A stretch of DNA of 64,000 bases from positions 168,820-232,819 of the forward strand of contig JAQTYI010000001.1 of NCBI GenBank assembly GCA_028688325.1. The letters are read 5' to 3'. Each line of letters begins with the position of its first letter. The stretch's first letter is position 1. The DNA comes from Candidatus Portnoybacteria bacterium. GTDB taxonomy: Bacteria; Patescibacteriota; Minisyncoccia; Portnoybacterales; GWB1-42-6. Positions 58,855 to 64,000 of the stretch are shown here, piece after piece. A program made the translations under genes and the position numbers. The notes beneath the pieces were generated by a model. The model made no database searches. It was not told where the DNA came from and saw only the letters and a program-made list of their open reading frames with translations.

Positions 58855-59533
58855 TTTTTACGATTATAACAAATTCCCCTTTCAAATTATTTTTATCCTC
58901 ATTCAACTTGTCTAAAATCTCTCCCGCCGTGCCGCGGTATACGCTTTCAAACATCTTGGTCAGCTCGCGCGCCGCGACGATCTGCCGCTCCGGCGCCAGA
59001 CCCTTCAGCTGTTCCATCGCCTTCAATATCCGGTGCGTGGATTCATAGAACACGACAACATAACCAGCCCTCGCCACTTCTTCAAAAAATTTATTACGCC
59101 CTTTTTTATGCGGCGGGAAGCCCATAAAAATGAATTTGTCGGTCGGAAAACCGGAAATGCTTAATGCCGCCATAACAGCGGATGGTCCAGGGATTGGGAC
59201 TATCCTGATGCCGGCATCTTGTTTCATGTTATTTGTTATATGTTCTATGATTTTTCCGCCCGGATCGGAAATTCCAGGAGTTCCCGCGTCCGTAACCAGG
59301 GCGACATTTTTACCCTCGGCCAGCTGCCCGGCAATATATTCAATTTTGGACAATTTGCTGTGCTGAAAATAACTCACCAGTGGTTTTGAGATCTGATAGT
59401 GGTTCAATAATTTCAAGGTCTGGCGCGTATCTTCGCACGCCACCAGATCCACGGATTTTAAAACCTCAAGCGCCCGCAGAGTAATATCTTTCAGATTGCC
59501 AATTGGAGTCGCGATGATATATAATGTTCCCAT
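58847..59533 (-). CDS. rsmI: 16S rRNA C1402 2'-O-methyltransferase
   Basis: ATPIGNLKDITLRAL, DAGTPGISDPG, RELTK. Confidence 0.96.
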   Translation of the reverse strand: MGTLYIIATPIGNLKDITLRALEVLKSVDLVACEDTRQTLKLLNHYQISKPLVSYFQHSKLSKIEYIAGQLAEGKNVALVTDAGTPGISDPGGKIIEHITNNMKQDAGIRIVPIPGPSAVMAALSISGFPTDKFIFMGFPPHKKGRNKFFEEVARAGYVVVFYESTHRILKAMEQLKGLAPERQIVAARELTKMFESVYRGTAGEILDKLNEDKNNLKGEFVIIVKNE

Positions 59534-59574
59534 AACACCATCTTAAAGGAAAAACTCCGAAGTTTCAAATTTTT

Positions 59575-60030
59575 ATGATTCTTTTGCCCCATTTGCTGAT
59601 AGGCGCCGCGATCGGCTTTAAAATCCATAACGCCTGGGCCGTTTTTGCTCTGTCGCTGGTTTCGCATTTCATTGCCGACAAGATCCCCCACTGGGATTAC
59701 ATCGACGAGCAGATCGGCGATATGAATAAAAAAGAATTCATGGCGTTTCTGTATAAAGCCGCGGCTGACGCCGGCATCGGCGGCGTTCTGCTTCTCATAC
59801 TTTTGTGGCAGCAAAATGCCTGGCCTTATGCCATATTCGGCGCCGCTATTTCTATTTTACCTGATTTTTTAATATTTCTTCGTAAATTTTTCCCGAAAAC
59901 AAAATGGCTTTTTTCGTATCAAAAACTTCACAACTCTAATCACCTGGACAAAAAACCCGGCGGAAAAATTCTTTTCCCGCTCATCAGCGAACTGTTAATA
60001 ACGGCGATAGCGATATTTTTTCTCTTGTAG
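59575..60030 (+). CDS. Putative membrane-bound metal-dependent hydrolase
   Basis: PHLLIG, SHFIAD.IPHWD, ILPD. Confidence 0.7.
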   Translation: MILLPHLLIGAAIGFKIHNAWAVFALSLVSHFIADKIPHWDYIDEQIGDMNKKEFMAFLYKAAADAGIGGVLLLILLWQQNAWPYAIFGAAISILPDFLIFLRKFFPKTKWLFSYQKLHNSNHLDKKPGGKILFPLISELLITAIAIFFLL

Positions 60031-60040
60031 ATCATAATGA

Positions 60041-60074
60041 AACAAAAATCCCGCTCACGCGGGATTTTTGTTTT
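60041..60074. terminator. Bidirectional terminator
   Basis: AACAAAAATCCCGC-TCAC-GCGGGATTTTTGTT between convergent genes. Confidence 0.75.
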
Positions 60075-60092
60075 CCTCACCTAACCGCTTAA

Positions 60093-61106
60093 TCACTTTT
60101 CATTTTCTTCCTTCAAAAAAATATCTCCCAGGAAGACCGATATTATCGCCACGATGGGAACCGCCACCACCACGCCCAAAATTCCCATCAACTTGGCGCC
60201 CACTATCATGGAGATGATGACCACCAAAGGATTCAAACCCACCGCCCGCTTCATAACCATCGGCACCAGCACATAACCTTCTACTTGATGGACGACAAGA
60301 AATAATATCAAGACCAAAAAACCGAGAAACGGTGATTGCAAAAAAGCCAAAGAGACCGCGGCCGAACCTGCCAGAACCGGTCCGATATACGGCACAATTT
60401 CCAAAAGACCGGCCAACAAGGCCAGCATCAAGGCAAAATCGACCCTTAAGGAAAACAATCCCGCAAAAACCATCACCGCGATTGCCAGCATAATTATCAG
60501 CTGGCCGCGCATCCAACGACCGAGTTTTGTCTGGATGCGCTCGGCCAGGTTGACAACATACGGCCGGTGTTCTGCTGGAGTTACGCTGGAAATGAACATT
60601 TTTATGCCCTTATCTTGCACCACCAAGTAGAAAGAAATGACCACAATGACGATGGCGGAAAATATCCCGCCGAAAATATTGACCGCCGTGCCAAAAATCC
60701 CTGAAGTGGTGCCGTAAATCTGGCTGCTGAGATTTTCCAGGATTTTCTGGCCGTAGCCCGGAGCGAATTTATATTGAAAAACGGAAACATTAACGCCAAA
60801 TTTATTCAAATAATCCGGCAAAGAGACGGCTAGTGATTTCATCTGCCCGGCCAGCAATGGCAAGGCCCAATAAACAAAAGCCGCCAGAAGTCCGGCAACG
60901 AAAAGATATATCATCAAGGCGCCGAGCGTCCGGCGCACACGGTGCTTGGCCATCCAATCCACCGGGCCATCAATGGCAGCAGCGATGATAAGGGCGATAA
61001 AAACCATCAGCAAAACATCCCGGACAAGATAGATAAAAACCAGCCCCAGAACTATCAGGACGGAACGAAAGATCGTTGAAGTTGAAATGTCTATTTTTTG
61101 GATCAT
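60093..61106 (-). CDS. AI-2E family transporter
   Basis: WMRGQ, EIVPYIGP, EGYVLVP, GLNPL. Confidence 0.92.
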   Translation of the reverse strand: MIQKIDISTSTIFRSVLIVLGLVFIYLVRDVLLMVFIALIIAAAIDGPVDWMAKHRVRRTLGALMIYLFVAGLLAAFVYWALPLLAGQMKSLAVSLPDYLNKFGVNVSVFQYKFAPGYGQKILENLSSQIYGTTSGIFGTAVNIFGGIFSAIVIVVISFYLVVQDKGIKMFISSVTPAEHRPYVVNLAERIQTKLGRWMRGQLIIMLAIAVMVFAGLFSLRVDFALMLALLAGLLEIVPYIGPVLAGSAAVSLAFLQSPFLGFLVLILFLVVHQVEGYVLVPMVMKRAVGLNPLVVIISMIVGAKLMGILGVVVAVPIVAIISVFLGDIFLKEENEK

Positions 61107-61125
61107 CTATTTTTATCAAACCTTT

Positions 61126-61345
61126 CCGCCCATACGAAAAATAACAATTTATTGTCCTCCCGAACGAAGTGAGAGATCTCTGGCGAATGCCAGACCCGTT
61201 GCGCGGATCTCCGCCTGATGGCGGATCCCGCGAGATCCCTCGCTACGCTCGGGACGACACTTCGTGTCGATTTTATCGTCGGGCGGCGGTTTTTTCCGCC
61301 GCTTTGGCGTTTACCCCGTTCTGCGGGGCCGGCAAAAAAGCGGCA
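61126..61345 (+). mobile_element. Composite MITE-like repeat, copy F
   Basis: Near-identical to 40504-40709. Confidence 0.8.
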
Positions 61346-61352
61346 AAAGAAT

Positions 61353-62615
61353 CTATATTTTTAAAAACTTCTCAAACTTCTCTTTTTCTTTGAACGGCCC
61401 TATCAGCGCCAGATTGAGTTTCTCGGGCCTGAAGATGTCTTTGGCGACCCTCGCCAGGTCCGACTGGCTTACCGCCTTTATTTTACTAAAAATCTGCTCG
61501 GGCGTCAAAACCCCTTTGCGCAAAAGTTCCTGCAAGCCGACCCACGAAGCCATTTCATCCGATGTTTCAAGGCCCAGGCGCAACGAACCCTGGAGCCATT
61601 CTTTGGCTTTTTTTATCTCCGCGGCGCCCACCTTTATATCGCGGATTTTTTTATATTCCGTTAAGATCGCTTCTATCGCCTCTTCCGCTTTCTCATTGGC
61701 CACGCCCGCCTGCGTCACAAAATATCCGCAGTCGGTGTAATTTTCCGCGGCCGAACGCACATAATAAGCCAGGCCTCTTTTTTCACGCACGGAAATGAAA
61801 AGGCGCGAGCTCATCATGCCGCCCAAAATCGCCGCCAGCACCATCAGCGCATAGCGGTCTTTGTGGAACATATCGTAGGCGCGCACACCCAGGCGCAAAT
61901 GCGTCTGATCTGTGGCCTTATGATAAACCATGACCTCCGGCTTTGACTGCGCTTCGCGCACCGCCGATTTAGTTTGCCCTTCCCCTTTTTTCAAGCCGCC
62001 AAAATATTTCAAAACCTTCTTTTCCATATCCTTGTCGATTTTTCCAGCCAAACATACCACCGCGTTCTTTGTCCGGTAATGCGTATTGAAATAATCAACA
62101 AATTGCGTCCGCGCCATTTTGGAAATATTCTCTTTGGTGCCGATTATCTGCCAGCCGGCCGGCTGATCGCCGTAAAGCAATTCCTCCCACAGGTCGCCCA
62201 AATAACGCATCGGGTTATCCAACGACATATTTATTTCTTCCGTGATAACACCCCGCTCTTTGTCTATTTCCTTGGCGTCAAATTTGGAATTGAGCAAAAT
62301 ATCACTCACCCAATCCAGCGCCATATCAGCATATTCGGGCGCCACTTTGGCGTAGTAGCCCGTCATTTCCTGGCTCGTGAACGCGTTAAATTCCCCGCCC
62401 ACCCTGTCCAGATACTCGCTCAGCGCCAGAGTCGTGGGCCGTTTTTTGGTGCCCTTAAAAAACATATGCTCCAAAAAATGCGAGATGCCGTTGTTCTCTT
62501 TGCTCTCGTATTTTGAACCCGCGGCAAAAAACACCAGCACCGTGGTTGATTGGCTCCCCGCCATCGGCGCGGTAATTAATCTTAAGCCGTTTGGTAAAAT
62601 GGTTTTTTTAAACAT
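61353..62615 (-). CDS. M16 family (pitrilysin) zinc peptidase
   Basis: HFLEHMFFKGT, NAFT, SSRLF..VREKRGLAY. Confidence 0.95.
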   Translation of the reverse strand: MFKKTILPNGLRLITAPMAGSQSTTVLVFFAAGSKYESKENNGISHFLEHMFFKGTKKRPTTLALSEYLDRVGGEFNAFTSQEMTGYYAKVAPEYADMALDWVSDILLNSKFDAKEIDKERGVITEEINMSLDNPMRYLGDLWEELLYGDQPAGWQIIGTKENISKMARTQFVDYFNTHYRTKNAVVCLAGKIDKDMEKKVLKYFGGLKKGEGQTKSAVREAQSKPEVMVYHKATDQTHLRLGVRAYDMFHKDRYALMVLAAILGGMMSSRLFISVREKRGLAYYVRSAAENYTDCGYFVTQAGVANEKAEEAIEAILTEYKKIRDIKVGAAEIKKAKEWLQGSLRLGLETSDEMASWVGLQELLRKGVLTPEQIFSKIKAVSQSDLARVAKDIFRPEKLNLALIGPFKEKEKFEKFLKI

Positions 62616-62818
62616 TATTTTTCCCACTTATACGCCACTTTGGCGTTGACCTTAAATTCAAAGATCTTTCCCTCTTTCACTTCAGCGGTCTGATTGATAA
62701 CATGCACGCCGGTCACATTCTTGCCGGCCTCAACTTCGTGGTTGACGATATTTTGCATGGCGTCTTCAAAGTTCTTGGTTGAAGTGCCGATGAGTTCGCG
62801 TATTTTGACTATGGCCAT
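62615..62818 (-). CDS. Dodecin-family protein
   Basis: KIRELIGTS.KNFEDA...V.EGKI.EFKVN.KVAY. Confidence 0.85.
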   Translation of the reverse strand: MAIVKIRELIGTSTKNFEDAMQNIVNHEVEAGKNVTGVHVINQTAEVKEGKIFEFKVNAKVAYKWEK

Positions 62819-62899
62819 ATGTTTTATAATTTATTTGGTTAATTCTTAAAAACTGGCGTCATTCCGCGGCCGCAGGCCGAGGAATGACGCCAAGCTAAA

Positions 62900-63844
62900 T
62901 TACTTTTTGCCTCTCTTTATTCTGATTAGTCCTCCGTACGAAATAACTTCTATCCCCTTCTTCTCCAACTCATCCAAAAACAAATTCATCCCCAGAGAAT
63001 CGGAAGCGATATGCGAAGCCACCACGACATTCAAATGCGCCTCTTCCGCGTTCTTGCGATGTTCCTCGGATAAATGCATCGCCACGACCGTGCCGATGCC
63101 TGCGTTGGCCATCTCGCGATAGATATTTTTGGCGCCTTCCGTGCCGCCGGTAATTTCCGTCAAAACAATTTTGCCCGCGCGCCGGTCTTCCGACCCAGCA
63201 AATATTTTCACGGGTGAGCCGCGCCTAGCCGACTCCTTGTATTCGTCAACCCCGGCAATCAACTCAACCAGTTCGCTAACATATTCCGGCTGTTTTTTGT
63301 CAATAATCTTTTTCAAAAAATCCGCCACCAGGTTATCGGCCGGAGTGTGCACATTCATTAGATTAACCTTGGCCAGCTTGGCCGCGTCTATGGTTTTATA
63401 GGAATTACTGGCGTGCACCCCGCGGCCAACCTCGGAGATGCGCACTTTCATCAGCGACTCGGCGATGTTTATGGGCACGCCGCACAAAGCCAAAACATCG
63501 GCCTGCAAATGCATCCCCCCATCCAACATGGCCAGACCCTTGCCGAGCGGATGATGGTTGATGATGGTATCCACGCCCAAACTCTTTGCCAACATTATAT
63601 CGCCGGATGTGACATCAATTCCGGCCATGGCTTTTTTCACCGGCTTACCGCTATCATTCCAAACGCCGGAATCCATATAAGGATTTACCAGCCGCTCTTT
63701 ATCAAAATCCGCCTGCTTTTTGGCGGAAAGCCCCTCAAACTTCTTTTTTTGCCTGACCAGATATTTTGCCACCGCTTCCACCCCTCTCAGGTCGGCTTTG
63801 GTTCCCATCTTTATAGCTAGCTCCAGAATTTGTTGTTGAGTCAT
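62900..63844 (-). CDS. NIF3-like (NGG1p-interacting factor) protein
   Basis: NPYMDS, AGID, HHPLG, HTPADN, TGGT, HIASDSLGMN. Confidence 0.88.
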   Translation of the reverse strand: MTQQQILELAIKMGTKADLRGVEAVAKYLVRQKKKFEGLSAKKQADFDKERLVNPYMDSGVWNDSGKPVKKAMAGIDVTSGDIMLAKSLGVDTIINHHPLGKGLAMLDGGMHLQADVLALCGVPINIAESLMKVRISEVGRGVHASNSYKTIDAAKLAKVNLMNVHTPADNLVADFLKKIIDKKQPEYVSELVELIAGVDEYKESARRGSPVKIFAGSEDRRAGKIVLTEITGGTEGAKNIYREMANAGIGTVVAMHLSEEHRKNAEEAHLNVVVASHIASDSLGMNLFLDELEKKGIEVISYGGLIRIKRGKK

Positions 63845-64000
63845 AAATAAAAACCCAATCATCAAGATACAAGATACAAACAAGTTGCAATAATCAAATT
63901 CCAAAAATTCAAACCGGTTTGATTATTGAATTTTGGGATTTGAAATTTGTTTGGTTATTGTTTCTTGGTTATTGTATCTTACCGGTTAAATATTTTTTTA

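Noticed and set aside
16898..61345. CRISPR array
   Set aside because: The repeats are dispersed, not regularly spaced with unique spacers, and there are no cas genes.

Overview
Core-genome segment of a reduced bacterium, most likely Patescibacteria/CPR (Parcubacteria-like). This is inferred from the tandem VirB2/TrbC-type pilins, a giant HTH-tipped fibre-like protein, tRNA-Ile(UAU), tRNA-Arg(GCG) and standard code 11. It carries housekeeping genes (comF, recG, tsaD, gyrA, rpsA, ftsH, rluD, rplS, HU, rny, clpP, tig, hppA, nusA, leuS, def, tatD, metG, rsmI) and 13 apparently intact tRNA genes. Two things stand out. (1) A four-gene radical-SAM RiPP cluster (RRE/PqqD, rSAM-SPASM, a 19-aa precursor MKIKYIQPKIVGSSSIHPC missed by the ORF track, and a motif-less SPASM protein) resembling the Geobacter GeoRSP system. 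(2) A pervasive population of small tetranucleotide-tagged hairpin elements in tRNA genes, intergenic regions and, in frame, in essential proteins. At four loci an intact tRNA gene is nested inside an interrupted tRNA gene or remnant. The clearest case is a tRNA-Pro(CGG) carried by a hairpin element in the anticodon loop of a different, otherwise complete tRNA-Pro(CGG). Two small GIY-YIG nuclease genes lie beside such damaged tRNA loci. All calls are from manual reading; no searches were run.
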